Source of the DNA: Octopus bimaculoides
Lineage: Eukaryota
NCBI RefSeq assembly: GCF_001194135.2
Contig: NC_069001.1
Coordinates: 20,118,047 to 20,182,046 of the forward strand
Length of the DNA stretch: 64,000 bases
Reading direction: 5' to 3'
The notes below the pieces were generated by a model. The model was not told the origin of the DNA, did no database searches, and saw nothing but the letters and a program-made list of their open reading frames with translations. Within the stretch, counting starts at the first letter, position 1. Each line of letters opens with the position of its first letter. A program made the translations under genes and the position numbers. Shown one piece after another: positions 11,830-24,656 of this stretch.

Positions 11830-12008
11830 CACACACACACACACACACACTCTCTCTCTCTCTCTCTCTCCCTATCTCTCTCTCTCTCTCTCCCTATCTC
11901 TCTCTCTCTCTCTCTCCCTATCTCTCTCTCTCTCTCCCTATCTCTCTCTCCCTATCTCTCTCTCTCTCCCTATCTCTCTCCTCCTCTCTCCCTCCCTCTC
12001 TCCCTCTC
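11830..12008. repeat. (CA)n followed by compound (CT)nCCCTAT minisatellite running into a gap
   Basis: Direct reading. Other long (TA)n/(TG)n/(CA)n tracts at 1-42, 4225-4290, 9715-9890, 28830-29060, 40240-40450 and 42100-42240. Confidence 0.9.
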
Positions 12009-12310
12009 NNNNNNNNNNNNNNNNNNNNNNNNNNNNNNNNNNNNNNNNNNNNNNNNNNNNNNNNNNNNNNNNNNNNNNNNNNNNNNNNNNNNNNNNNNNN
12101 NNNNNNNNNNNNNNNNNNNNNNNNNNNNNNNNNNNNNNNNNNNNNNNNNNNNNNNNNNNNNNNNNNNNNNNNNNNNNNNNNNNNNNNNTTTTGATTTGAA
12201 CTAGTGGTCGTTATTTCCCCAGTATGTTGTCATTCTTCAAACAGTATTGGCCTTAAACTATTACTCTCTACTATGATATTGAGTATTTTTCCTCGTGTTT
12301 GTTAAAATCA

Positions 12311-12349
<39 letters not shown>

Positions 12350-14717
12350 GGATAGCTACACAGTTTCCATCTCCCAAATATCACTCACAAGAGTACTGGC
12401 CGACTCAAGGCTGTGAGTAAGATTGTGCCTAGTAACCAACCAATTGGTTGTGAAGCAAACTTCTAAACCACACAGCAATGCCTGTACTTTTTCTCTGCTT
12501 CATAATATTCCTTTTCCTGTCCAATCTATCTTTCCATGTAAGTAGTAAAAAAACAAAGCCAGCTGACCCTACTGTCCCCTCACCGTGCTTTTTCTGATGA
12601 AGTGTAGCCAATGTAGATATGGTGGGTTATCTTCAAATTTAATCCCCTTCTGTGTTTCATTAATTTTGCACTTCATAGAATCTGTATGTTATCCATTCCA
12701 GCAATACCTTCTCTCTCACCCTTATGCATAAACTAGAAAATGTTGTTATAATTAAATTATTCATGTTTTGTAACATCTTTTTCTCTCTGTAAAATTAGTT
12801 TCGATAATGACTTTACTATATCACTAATGACCATTGGTGACTTCATTCACTTGGATGATTTCTTTATAATTCTCTCTGACAGTACACAGTGCTGCAACAG
12901 AGCACATTGACCATGCTACTGCTTGGTTGTTTCACTACTTAGAAATGAAGTGGAAACTTATTATCAAAGTAGCTTCTTTCATCTTTGTTTTAGTGTGTGC
13001 ATATATGCATTTGGGGGATAAGTTCAGGTTTCTTCTAGGTGTTTTGTTTTGTTTCTGAGAAGCAGAAGATCCACAGATTGGAAGTCTATTTAATCAATAT
13101 TAGCTGGGAGTTTGTGTGGAAACAGGTGTCTAATGAAAATAAAGACTTTCTGTTGCTGGTGGTGATAAACACATGGGAATAGGGAAAATGAAATGAAGTG
13201 AGCACATAGTTGGAGCAAGGTTGCTATTTTCTAAGGTTGTTGGAGAAAACACCAGGTACTTAATCTTTAGATAATAGGATGGAGATTTCAGCTGCACATT
13301 ATACTTTGGATGTGTTTTTTTTTTTTGATCTTTCAGCCCTTGAACCACATTAGTTAATATTTTTTATTTTATACACACATGCATACTTACACAAATTACT
13401 ATGGTTACATGGAGGCATTTACAGTCATTTGGCGTATTATATTTTAATGAATCCTTCCCCTTACTTTTCTCTCTTTCTCAGTCTTCCTCATGGTGTTATT
13501 TTGACAAGACATCATAAATTAAAAAATATTGCCATTTATCTTCTGATTTGTTTTGGGGCTTCCTCGTGCCTTTGGAATATATATTGGTTTACTAAGTGTT
13601 ATGCATTGGTTTGGTTCTTGTGGTTAGGATTCTAGTGCCCTAGATGTTTTATATGCCTTGTGACTAATTCGAGCGTTCTAATGAATTCACTCGTCAATTA
13701 TATAGTATCTCCTCTCGCATGCTGCCCAGAACAGTGAAATATGCAGCTTGTTGAGGCACCTATTTACAAGTGAGGGAGAGGTGCATTAGGCCAGCAAGGG
13801 TTCAGTTGTTTTTGCAAAGTGACAGTGTAAAACTTGTGATGAGATAAGATTTGGTGATACTACAGGGCAGGTTTTTTACAGAGAGAAACAGCATTCATCC
13901 CCCACCCACCGCCATTTGTTTCCATGGAGTGGGGCCTACAATACCACGTATGCAACCACCACATAAAACTTTTTTCTTTTAGCTTGGCCAGTACCATAGT
14001 TAAGAAAGAAAACTTATGTGGGTGTAAACTTTATTGTCTTTTTGTTAATGATATGGTTGGGGTGAGAGACAAACAATTTCACCGATATTGATTGGGGCTG
14101 GTGTTTGTCAGTTTGAAATTCACTATTGTAAGTTGTGCAACATCCTATTGATTGGGATTCAAAGATTGTTCGTTAATTTAAAAAATTTTTTTTTAATATT
14201 TTGTGTTTGTGGGGTGGGGGGAGTGTACGTGCAGGTAAAGCTTTTGCATCCATTGATGAAGATTTTAGCAGTTTGCAATATTATTCTTATGACCCCTTGC
14301 TGCCAACTACAGGAACACCATTATTATTCACACTTCATTCAGTAAATGAAATCAAGAAAGCTCCAAATATGTGAATGGACTTAAGAAGGTTATTGTTTCA
14401 AGCATGAAGGAATGACAAGAAAAATATTTAACAAAAAGATTAAAGTTGAACATAGTAATGTTTTAAGCATAATATGCTAAAAAGGAAATTTGTTTCCTAT
14501 ATACATGAATGTGTGAGTGTTTGATCATACATTTAATATCTTTATTGCTTTGAGATAATTATTTGAGGATTCTAATTAATTTCAACCTTATTTTTATGTT
14601 CATCATATTCTGAAGTTTTTTTTTTTTTTAAGAAAATTTTTACTGAGCATTTACTCAGAGGTTAATAGATTGAATGACTGATTATATTGTAGGTTTGTTT
14701 TCCTTTTTGTATATTAT

Positions 14718-14940
14718 TTAACCCTTTCATTACTGTATTTATTTTGAGACACTCTGTGTTTCTTTCAATTACTTTAGCAAAGAATTTAGTAAAATAACTC
14801 GGTTATCATTAAGCTAGTGTTAGGAACATAAATTGTGACTAAGGCTTGGTGGAAGATTTTAATTCAGAACTTATGAAAACAAGACATTTGTACTACAGGG
14901 CCAGAGCCGGTTTCAGCCGGGTTGGTAACGAAAGGGTTAA
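14718..14940. mobile_element. TTAA-flanked MITE (piggyBac-like ends)
   Basis: TTAA-CCCTTTCATTAC ... GTAACGAAAGGG-TTAA, no ORF. Related copy in the opposite orientation at 55852-56080. Confidence 0.8.
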
Positions 14941-14959
14941 CGTGTGTTGTTTCTTTCAT

Positions 14960-16340
14960 TTCTTCTAGACAACTATCAAACACTTAGAAGCTACTCTTTT
15001 TTATCGCCTAACCATGCATTGTGAATTCATCTTGTCAGAATTCCAATCAAAAGGCATCAGTTATATTTATAGATTTTCACAGTCAACAAAAGATCATCTT
15101 ACACATCCTGTTGATCTATGGTATCCCAGATGAAATTGTCAAAGCCATCATCATCATATATGAAAGCTCAAGTTTTTTGCAAAGTACTAACAGTCCAACT
15201 GAAGAGTTTCCAACAATGGTAGGAATCCTTCAAGGACCCATCTTAGCTCATTTTCTCTTCATGATTGTTGTAAACTGTATCCTTAGTGAAAGTGCGTGGC
15301 TTTGTGGTGAGAGTACTTGGCTCACAATCCGAAAGTCATGAGTTCAATTCTTGGTGGCACGTTGTGTCCTTGAGCAAGACACTTCATTTCAAATTGCTCC
15401 AGTCCACTCAGCTAGCAAAAGTGAGTTGTACCTGTATTTCAAAGAGCTGGCCTTCTCACATTCTGTGTCACGTTGACTCTCCCTAGGAACTACGTTAAGA
15501 GTATGCATGTCTGTGGAGTGCATGCTAATTTCACGAGCTAGCTCTTCTGTTGATCAGACCAACTGGAACCCTCATCATTGTAACTAATGGAATACCAGTT
15601 ATTATCCTTAGCTGAAAACTTGATCTCATCCAAGGCAAATGCTCTGTCATCAAGCAAAAGGATCAATATATCAGCATAGTCTATATATTCCTTTTATAGA
15701 CTATACTGATAATCATTCCCTCACAGCTCATCAACTGTATGTTGTGCAACACTTGTTAACATCTGTTTATGTCCCTTAGAGCCAAAGTTGGCCTGTTTCT
15801 CAATGCAAAAAAAGCTGCAGGTGAAAGCTACCTGCCAATTTGTTCCAACAGTAACACACATTTCAAGGAAGTCGATGATTTTAAGTGAGGTCTATGTTTA
15901 TGACTTTAAGAAAGATTTCTTGACATTCAAGGGTGGGAGGTAAGCATGGAATGGCTGTAACAAGCTTCAACACATCTGGTAATCAACAAACTTGGCCTTC
16001 TTCAAAGCTTGTGTAGTGAGTATACTTCACTACAGAGCCTGAACTTGGACTATGGAAGATGGAGCTTCAAGATCACTTTTATAAGAGTTTAAAACATCTC
16101 ATGGCATGAGTATGAGATCAAAGAGAAGATTTATGGACAAGTTGCATCCCTCTCCACTATTGTTGCTCAATGTGGCCAATACTAATATGCTGAACTACAG
16201 GCCATATCAGGTTTTAAAGACTTTTGCACTCTAATACTGGACAAAGACCACTCAGCGTCATTGATGTTATTGACAGAAACAAACAAGCAAGATATTGAGG
16301 AACTCCCAAAGCTAATGGATGACAAACATTCCTGTCATAG
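14960..16340 (+). mobile_element. Old RTE LINE, interrupted by a SINE and containing an internal inversion
   Basis: ORF 15021..15341 gives IFIDF..., YGIPDEIVKAI, GILQGPILAHFLF. After 15781 it reads AKVGLFLNAKK, EVDDFK and, at the end, IEELPKLMDDKHS. Confidence 0.65.
15287..15602 (+). mobile_element. Full-length family A SINE with target-site duplication
   Basis: tRNA-like head (GAGTTCAATTC), GTGTCCTTGAGCAAGACACTT. TATCCTTAG is duplicated at 15278-15286 and 15603-15611. Confidence 0.85.
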
Positions 16341-17248
16341 CATTGGGAAATGCATCTCAGTTGCAGCTTGATTTACTGGTTGAGTATTCATTCTGGTATC
16401 ACAGAAACTACCATAGTTAAGATGTCCAAATTTTATTACAAACAAGATGAAACTATTGATCTTGTGTGTATATATTTTATGTTGAAATTTTGGTTTTTAG
16501 TAAGTTATTTGGGTATATGCTGGTCATGTTGCAGGTCATGTGTGAAATAAAATGAGATACAAAGTAAACAAAATTCAATAAAAATACAGATTATGCAAAT
16601 AACTGGTTCTTTCAGACATAAGTAATGCAAGGGCATTTAAATGGAGAGAACATTTCCTATTTAAGAAACATTTCTTAATGACATTGAGTAAAATATTTCT
16701 TCCAGTTATTTTAGAAAATACTAAGTCAATCCAAATCAATTGTAGCCTCTGTTTTTTTTTTTTTCTATTTATCTTATAATGTTGTTAAAAATATTTTTTG
16801 AAGCACTTAGTGTATGTTACTAATTTATGTTTAGTCTATTATGACAAACAGATATTTCAATATTTGCTAATTCAGAGGTAACACATTTTGTTGGCCTGCC
16901 CAAATTCAGTTTGGACTGATTCAATTTAATTAGTATTGTTTTTGTGCCTTTACACTTGTTTCAGGAATCTGCAGATCTTGGCTTTTATAATTTCACTTTT
17001 CACAAGCCATAGTGAAAACGTTTTAACTGCAGAAACCTTTCTTTTGAATTTATATGATTGTTGTTAGATGGCAGAACTAATACAGTGCCCCCAACAAAAT
17101 AACTTACAGTCTATTTATGCTGAGTTCAAATGGTGTTGATATCAAATTTGCCTTTCATCTCTTAAGAGCCAGTAACTTAAAATCCCAGCCAAGTACTAAG
17201 GCTTAAATTAGAAGCAGCAGTAGCAGCAACAACAACAACAACAACAAC

Positions 17249-17289
<41 letters not shown>

Positions 17290-18560
17290 CTCCTTCGTAA
17301 CACAATGTAGGTAAAAATGCTCCAGTCTTTAGTCATCTGTCAAGTCACAACAAGGACCTCAGACCGATAATACTTTCCTTAAGATGTGCACTGTGCCCAA
17401 TAAGGCTGCTTTTTGCAAGACATCAATCTTGCATGGGATTTCCAGTTGCCTTAAGAAGTTTTGAAGTTTCAATGGGATTGAGCCCAATGCTCCGATCACC
17501 ACTGGCATCACTTTTACATTACTCTCTTGCATTCCATACAGTCTTGCCATTTCCACTTTCAATTCGGAGTACTTGGTGATTTTTTCAACCTCTTTACTCA
17601 CAACACTCATGTCATTTGGTATGGCTACATCAATGATCTGACAATATTTGTCTCTTGTTCAGTATGACAATATCCAGCTTCGTCTGAAAATAATACTTCC
17701 AGAGTATCGTTACTTTTCCATCCTCCTGCATAACTTTACTTGGTACATGTTCTTACAAGTTCTCTGTTACTTCATATTGGTATTTACAGTATAAGAGCCA
17801 ATGAAGATACACACACAAACTTTATCGTGGTGGCGCTTGTATATTGTGGTAATTTTTATATCCATTTGGTGTTAGCCTTGGACAGCCCAAAACCAGATAG
17901 TCTGTTGTTTTATCAAATGTTTTGTAGAACCTGCATTTTGGGTCAGTCCTATCTTTTATATATAATTTCTAGTAAACAAACTTTGATCGTTTGCCACCAA
18001 TATGAAGCCTTCAGTCTCTGCTTTCAATCCTGAACTCCTCACTCACTAATGGGTTGTTGCTTTGTCATCATCATCATTTTGACTTTGAAGAATATATTGT
18101 CCATGCAGTGACTTCTGGCTGCATAATTTGTCAAGTTGTTTCTTCCTGTTCTTTTAAACAGTTACTTTGTTTTGCTTGCCCAAGCAATGGTTTTAGCTTC
18201 TTCACCTAATTCATTTGAGTTGCCTTGCAAATTTACAGGTGTTCTTGACTCTAGAGTGTAACTTTTTGTTGCTTTCATGTTTGTACATATGCTGCAGCAT
18301 TCCACTATATGAACGAATAGGTTCTGTTCATCCCCATAGTGGAGGTTTTATAGTAGAGTTCTGATTGCATCATTCCTCTTCCTCCACTGCTTCTGGGTAG
18401 GTATAGAAAGTCATTGTTGCCGTCACCATGGTGGTTGAGGTCAGCAGAATCATTGGAGTATCACACAAACTCACTTTTGACATTTAACTTTGGTTCCTTA
18501 CTTTCTTAATGCAAGCCCCCCACCAAGTTTGGCTTTGTCTTTTATCTTTCAATGTTGATT
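17290..18560 (-). mobile_element. 3' part of an R4/Dong-like non-LTR element with restriction-like endonuclease
   Basis: Minus strand FLYLPRSSGGRGMMQ (thumb), decayed CCHC knuckle (PKCRF...DYLVLGC...HDKVCVYLHW) and ORF 17359..17610 KEVEKITKY...PVVIGALG...LQKAALLGTVHILRKVL. The 3' end abuts (TAA)n. Confidence 0.8.
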
Positions 18561-19119
18561 ATATGAAGTATTAATAAACTACAGGGATCAATATAACTAT
18601 TTCCATACCCACGAAATTTCTGACTGTGTGTCTATGATAGCAACAAGTATTAGACAAAAGCTATTATGTGCTAATTTAGTTAGCAAAGTTGTTTAGTGTC
18701 AATAGTCTCCTTGTGTCTCAAGAATCTAGAAGGCAAGATTAAAAGATGGTACTTTTCTGCCAGTCCACAATATGAATCTCACTTTCAGTATTCTTGATAG
18801 CTATCAATATGGGAATTGTACTGAGGGCATCAATTTCCATCTTTGTATTTCATTTTTCTGGTTAGGTCTTGATATCTTGCAATTTTCTCCTGATTTGGGT
18901 ATCCATTCTACTATCATATGCAGTCGCAAAGTCAACTTGATTAGTGTTTGTTCATTTCTGTCTTCCAAATCATATCTGGTTTCTGATACGATAGTATGAT
19001 GAGTCTTTGTCAAAACATTTTCTGAATAAATCCTTGTATTCTTATCATTTTCCTATCACTTCCAATCCACAGACTTGGTTAACATTGCAATGCACTTTTT
19101 TCTTTTCGTTATTAATGGT

Positions 19120-19320
19120 GATGGGCAATGGATTGGTAGTTATTAAAGTATCAGGTAAAATACTTTATCTGAGCTCTGAATTCAAACTTCACTGGAATCA
19201 ACTTTGCTTTTCATCCTTCCAAGTCAATAAAAGGAAATCCCAGTCAAGCACTGGGGTTGATACAATCAACTATTTTCCTCTCCAAAATTTCAGGCTCTGT
19301 GCTTATGTTACAAGCAATTA
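19120..19320 (+). mobile_element. SINE-like repeat (family D)
   Basis: GAATTCAAAC B-box-like motif followed by CTTTGCTTTTCATCCTT...CACTGGGGTTGAT. Similar decayed text near 17100-17200 and 23300-23420. Confidence 0.5.
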
Positions 19321-20489
19321 TTGTTGTTGACAATTTCATGCAACTTTCTGCTATATCACCACATGCACCCTTGATGTTCTGAGATATATGCAACATTGTG
19401 TTTTGGGGATTTGGACCCTTGTTAGTATATGTCATAAGTTTTGTTTTGTTGTGGGGCTTGGTTTGTTGTACTATTTTAGTGTTTCCTCTGTTGTGCAGTG
19501 CTGTTGTTATTTTGTTGTTTTGTAAATGTTCTGTATGTGCTGTACAGTTGGTGTTAGGTGTTTCAGTGCCAGACAGTTATTTTGTATAGGATATGGTCTG
19601 TGTCTGTTAATGGATTGCAACTGTGTAAATTGTATTATATATTGGACTGTTATTGGGTAGGCTGTGTGTTGTGTGCAGAGAGTGTGCAGTTTGAGTTGAG
19701 CTATTGAAAAGAAAGTATGGTGTTCAGGGTTGAGGTTGAATCTAGTAGAGCTGCTTTTTGGAATGTGCATAACTTTGAAAGCCTTGGTATGACTCGTATA
19801 TTTAAGCTCATATATTTGTTTTATTATAGCTAGTGCTTTAATTATTACTGACACTGTTTGTGTTATTTTTTAAACAATAGACTATATTTTGATGAAGATC
19901 AGGCTGCTATTTCTAGTAGGTCACATGACTATGTAGAGACTTTTTCACTAGTGTGTGTTTTAATTGTATATACAAAAATGTATGTATATTTCTATATATG
20001 TTATATAGTGGTGGTTTTGCTCATTTCTTTTCAAAACTCTTAGTCTAGGTCTGTAAAGTTGCACATTTGCAAAGATGTAAAGAAATAAGTCAACTATTGT
20101 ACAAGTTTATTGTGGTACAAGTAGTGTCAAGAATTTGGAAGATGATGATGATTCGTATCATAATGTTTTGTGTTCAAATTTCATAAAATATAGAATGGTT
20201 TAAAAATTGTAAATATTGGTTATATTTCATGTTATATTATAGGTAGTTGGATTGTTTGTACTTGTACAAGTGCTACACTTGTTTATGATAGGTAAAGTAC
20301 ATGACTGGAAAGGGTGTAAACTAGCTTAATAACAGCAAAAATATTTTACTAAATTCTTCATTATTTTCAAAAGTAAGTGAAACAAAGGCAATATATTTCA
20401 GCAGAAGTACACTAAGAAAAGGATTAATACATAAACATATCCAGTAAACATCTGGTTTTTTTAAACCAACAAAGCTACCTGTCCTGACA

Positions 20490-20739
20490 ATATCCTTTGT
20501 TATGCTCAAACATTGTACCCCCCAGAGTTTTCCCCTTTGCTCACCAAACTTTTCAATTTCTCACTCTGTATGAGAATACACCTTGATTTTCAGAGACATG
20601 GAACAGTGTTCTTTTCCAAGAATGGCAACTTCCCAAATTCTGTCAACTATTGTTCTAGTGCACTCACTTCTAATATTCCAAAAATAAGAGACAGCCATTA
20701 ACATTGGCAATCTTCACCACCTTATCTCTCTCTCTTTTT

Positions 20740-20771
<32 letters not shown>

Positions 20772-21380
20772 AATTCAGCTTTCAGATATAATGGACATCT
20801 GATCTGTCATGTCACCCATAGGTTGGCCCTCATGTTAAAGAAATTTGGTGAAAGCAATATTATTGCCCTAGACATCAGCAAAGCTTTCAACCATGTCCAG
20901 CATGCAAATTTCCTTTCAAAACTTCTTGTTTCATCGATTCTTGAACTTTTGGATTGGTAACTTCATATCAGACTGCACCACTGCTGTTGACAAAGCTCTT
21001 TCTCTTACACTTTCAATCAACTCTAGTATGTTCCAAGCACTGATTTTGTCTCTTGCTCTCCTTTTGAAAATCAAATCCAACAAAGCCCACTTTTATGCAG
21101 GCAGTATTACTCTTCATTCCTCCCTAATTTTCCACAGTCATGTGTCATCCACATGCGATCTGAATACCACATGCTAAACCTCAATTAATTCTATGAACAC
21201 TGACATTGGAAACATCCTCATGTAGATCCATGACAATTTCTCTTTCAACAACGACCAAAAAAATTCAAGCATTACTTATATCAAGAAAATATCATTACAC
21301 TACATACCTCAATCAAAGCCTCCACAGTTACTCCAAATTTTACACCTCACCAACATCTAGGATTCCTCTAGGCAAATACA
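20490..21380 (+). mobile_element. Degenerate CR1/Jockey-type RT fragment
   Basis: PEFSPLLTKLFNFSL, KNGN.PNSVNY, IIALDISKAFNHV, decayed GVPQG-like (SMFQALILS) and decayed YADD-like (FYAGS) motifs. Interrupted by a (CT)n(CA)n tract. Confidence 0.65.
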
Positions 21381-23572
21381 CTTCATAGCTAGGACCATAT
21401 CTGTGGTGAAGTGCTTAAAACAAGGCACATTTGAATTTTTTTTCAAAGAGGATTCAAAAATTGAGTTGAGTGATGGTGTAAATGCATCATTTGTGATTGA
21501 GATACTTTTTTTTGTATCGTGGAAAAGTTACCCTACCAACTTGTGCAATTAATTAAATAGTTATCCTCACTTTTGTATCACCTTCAGTAGAACCTTTGTA
21601 TAGGTACAGACAAATTTTTAGAATTAATTCACTGTACATCTCTTTATAAAGATAGTATTATTCTTTTAAATAGTGTTTATTAACCTTATTTCATCTCTTC
21701 TTTTAGTTTCCTCCTTGGAAGTTATATATCTATTTGTGATTCCCTTTAATATCTCTTAGTAATTTTTTATGACAGTGTGCTATAGTAAAGCATTGCTACT
21801 TTACTATATTATGGAATATATCTTTAGATTTTTATCCAACACTAAGTGTAGGCAGATGTAACCACTTTGTCTTTATATGTACAATTACTTCATGGGCAGA
21901 GAAAGAGGATCAATTGAGCTATTTCAATCCTGCTGGAATTTCCTCAATAATTGATGACTCACTTTAACTGGCAGTGGTGGTACTGCTTATAAACCCTTTA
22001 TTATCAAGTGTTAGATTGGAAAGACCTTGTTAGCATATTGCTTTCTTGGTAGATAATTAAGTTAATAAATTGTATGTCAATAGTATTTTGTTTCAAAACA
22101 GTATTTCTGTGGACATTCAAAGAAGGTATTTATTTGCTGATGCACTCATGGTGTTTGCAACCACTGACCAAATATATTGACAGTGCCTTCGCTAACATAT
22201 ATTCTCTCAACTCTAATGTTGACTCACTTTGTTCTATATATTATTAACCTGCTGCTGTTTGTTGCTACTAACAATGCTCAGCTCTGTGCAGATAATATCA
22301 TTCCTTCATGCAAAACTTGTATCACCCACATGAATATACACCTCAAAACTCCTCTAATAGAGGTGTGACAATTTAGTCTCTTTCTAGAGCATCAAGACAC
22401 AATCATTACTTACAGCAAAGACAAAGAATCATTTGAACCTTCTTCACTTTGAACTATAAACAGTCCTTAAAGTCACTTTCAATCAACTCTGGTATGTTCC
22501 AAGGACTGATTTTGTCTCTTGCTCTCATTTTGAAAATCAAATCCAACAAAGCCCACTTTTATGCAGACAGTATTACTTTTCATTTCTACTATATGTCATT
22601 TGTAGTGATATTGAAGATGCATTGTAAAAGCTTAACTTTCTTTTCAGAGCCTGAATATCAATTCTCCTTTGATTAGTTACAGAATCACTATGATGCAATA
22701 AACCGGCAATGTAGTACTATTCTTATATATGGAATAGTACTGTTGCTCACATAAACATTCTAGACCACTTCCAGATGAAGGTCGTATGAGTGACAGACAA
22801 AAATTTAATATCTCACTCAACTTCTAGTCCATGTTCTTTCTTTTCTTATTATATTGCTCCAAAGTGGCCTTTGTTTATCTGAACCAGTTTATTGTATGCC
22901 ACCTCCTCTCAGGCCTATCTGATACTTCATCTCTCCTTCCTTTATTGGCACTACAATGCCTCATCCCTGGCCCTGCACTCACTTTCTCTAATCCCTCTTG
23001 ATAATGTCAATTATCTGGCATTCCTTTCACATGTCCATTTTACCTTCAGACATCAAGTTACAAGCTGAGAGCATCAACCATATCAATCTCATGCAGCCTC
23101 CTGCAAGGTTATGGGCATTTCCTTCTTCCTAAACCAAAGAAAGAAAAGCTCTATATTTTCAGTTGTCTTACAAAGTGAATTAATTAATTTTCCTGATATT
23201 AGTAACTTGACTTAAAATTATTATAATTAGTGGTGGTGGGGCTGGCTTCAGTGATAGCAGTGGTGGTGGTACAGAAATGGCAGAAACCTGGCACTTTGTA
23301 ACATCATTGTTTATTTCTCTGAGTTCTGAGTTAAAGTTCTACATTTTTATTTTCTATTCTTCTGAGGTCAATAAAATATGTACCAGGCATGCATTTACTT
23401 GGTTGTCTTAATTGACTATACCATTCTCAAGAGAGTGAGAAATCCTTATTGGTTGAAATAGTTGTGGTGATAATAATAGTGGTGGTGGTTGTGGTATGAT
23501 ACTGACATCATGACACAAAATTTTTGTTTTTACAATCCTCATAATTTTCTATCATTTACCATTTCTATGTAG

Positions 23573-23605
23573 AAGGCAGTTCTGATAATGCACCGACAGG
23601 TCAGG
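23573..23605 (+). CDS. MAP7: 33-nt microexon B (phase 1 to 1), (E)GSSDNAPTGQ
   Basis: Pyrimidine-rich tract ending ttctatgtag|AAGG, donor CAGG|gtatgt. Length divisible by 3, open in the frame left by exon A. Confidence 0.65.
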
Positions 23606-24230
23606 GTATGTATTTCAAATGTTTGTGTTGTGTGAGGTTTTTTAGAAAGGAACTAACCTTCATTCAAATCTTACTCTGTTTTTGGTTTTTTTTTCTCTCG
23701 TTCTTCTATCAAAAAGAGTGTGTATATGTGTGTATTTGCATACACACACAGATATATACTCTATCTCCTCTTTGCTTGACATGATTGCTTCTGATGGATA
23801 TAAAAGATACTATGGTACTTACTAAGAAGAGTAACAAAAAATGATTTTAAAAGAAATTGAATTAACAGAATGTTAAAAAGAAAATAAATTAACATGTAGA
23901 ATTAGGACTGGGAGATTTTTTTTTCTTTGCATTTGTGAAACCTGTCATTCAGGCAGCATATTTTATGACATGTCTTAAGTTGTGGCTTGATGTATTTTGG
24001 ATATCTTTTAGTTGTATATCTCCCATTGTATACACTTAATATATATATTTTCTCTAATTTGAATTTTATTTTATAATCTCCTCCTCCTTAATATATATCT
24101 TATTTTAATTCTATATAAGAATATGTATATTTTGGTAAATAATTTGGGGGTTAAAAACCCTAGATACAGCATGTGGGCTTTACAACCAAAGTACCTTAAT
24201 TTTGATGTGTAATTATTTTCTCAGTGCTGT

Positions 24231-24276
<46 letters not shown>

Positions 24277-24524
24277 GAAGTGCACAACAAAAATTGGTTT
24301 ATGCTGTATTGTTGGTTTTTATCCCTAAAATTATTTTTCAAAAATGGCTATGCATGTATATATTTTTATTAAGAATTAAATCATATACTAATGTGAAATG
24401 TTAATTTTATTTTTACTTTATATATTTTGTTTGCAAACAAAAGAATGCCTCCGTTTAGCTTGCATGCCATGTCCTGTCTTTTGTCAATCGATTTGCATGG
24501 ATTGTTATGTGTCATTGACTCCAG

Positions 24525-24656
24525 GTTCTTATCCAGCAAGTGTTCCACCATCAAAACATCTGTCTGTATCAACCAGTGCTCTTTATTACAAACGAAGCCC
24601 TGAGTTTTCCTCTTCAGGAACCCTAAACTCAAGCAACCGGCCAGAATCACTTCTTG
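24525..24656 (+). CDS. MAP7: 132-nt exon C (phase 1 to 1), (G)SYPASVPPSKHLSVSTSALYYKRSPEFSSSGTLNSSNRPESLL
   Basis: Acceptor gactccag|GTTC, donor CTTG|gtaaga. Lies within ORF 24398..24766. S/P-rich like the other exons and phase-compatible on both sides. Confidence 0.75.

Noticed and set aside
13730-13769. AG/GT-bounded 40-nt exon candidate
   Set aside because: Not frame-preserving and has a stop in the host frame.
22765-22805. Hammerhead-like CAGATGAAGGTC...GACAGACA
   Set aside because: Both halves of the core are altered, stem II is 3 bp and there is no convincing stem I. Not distinguishable from chance.
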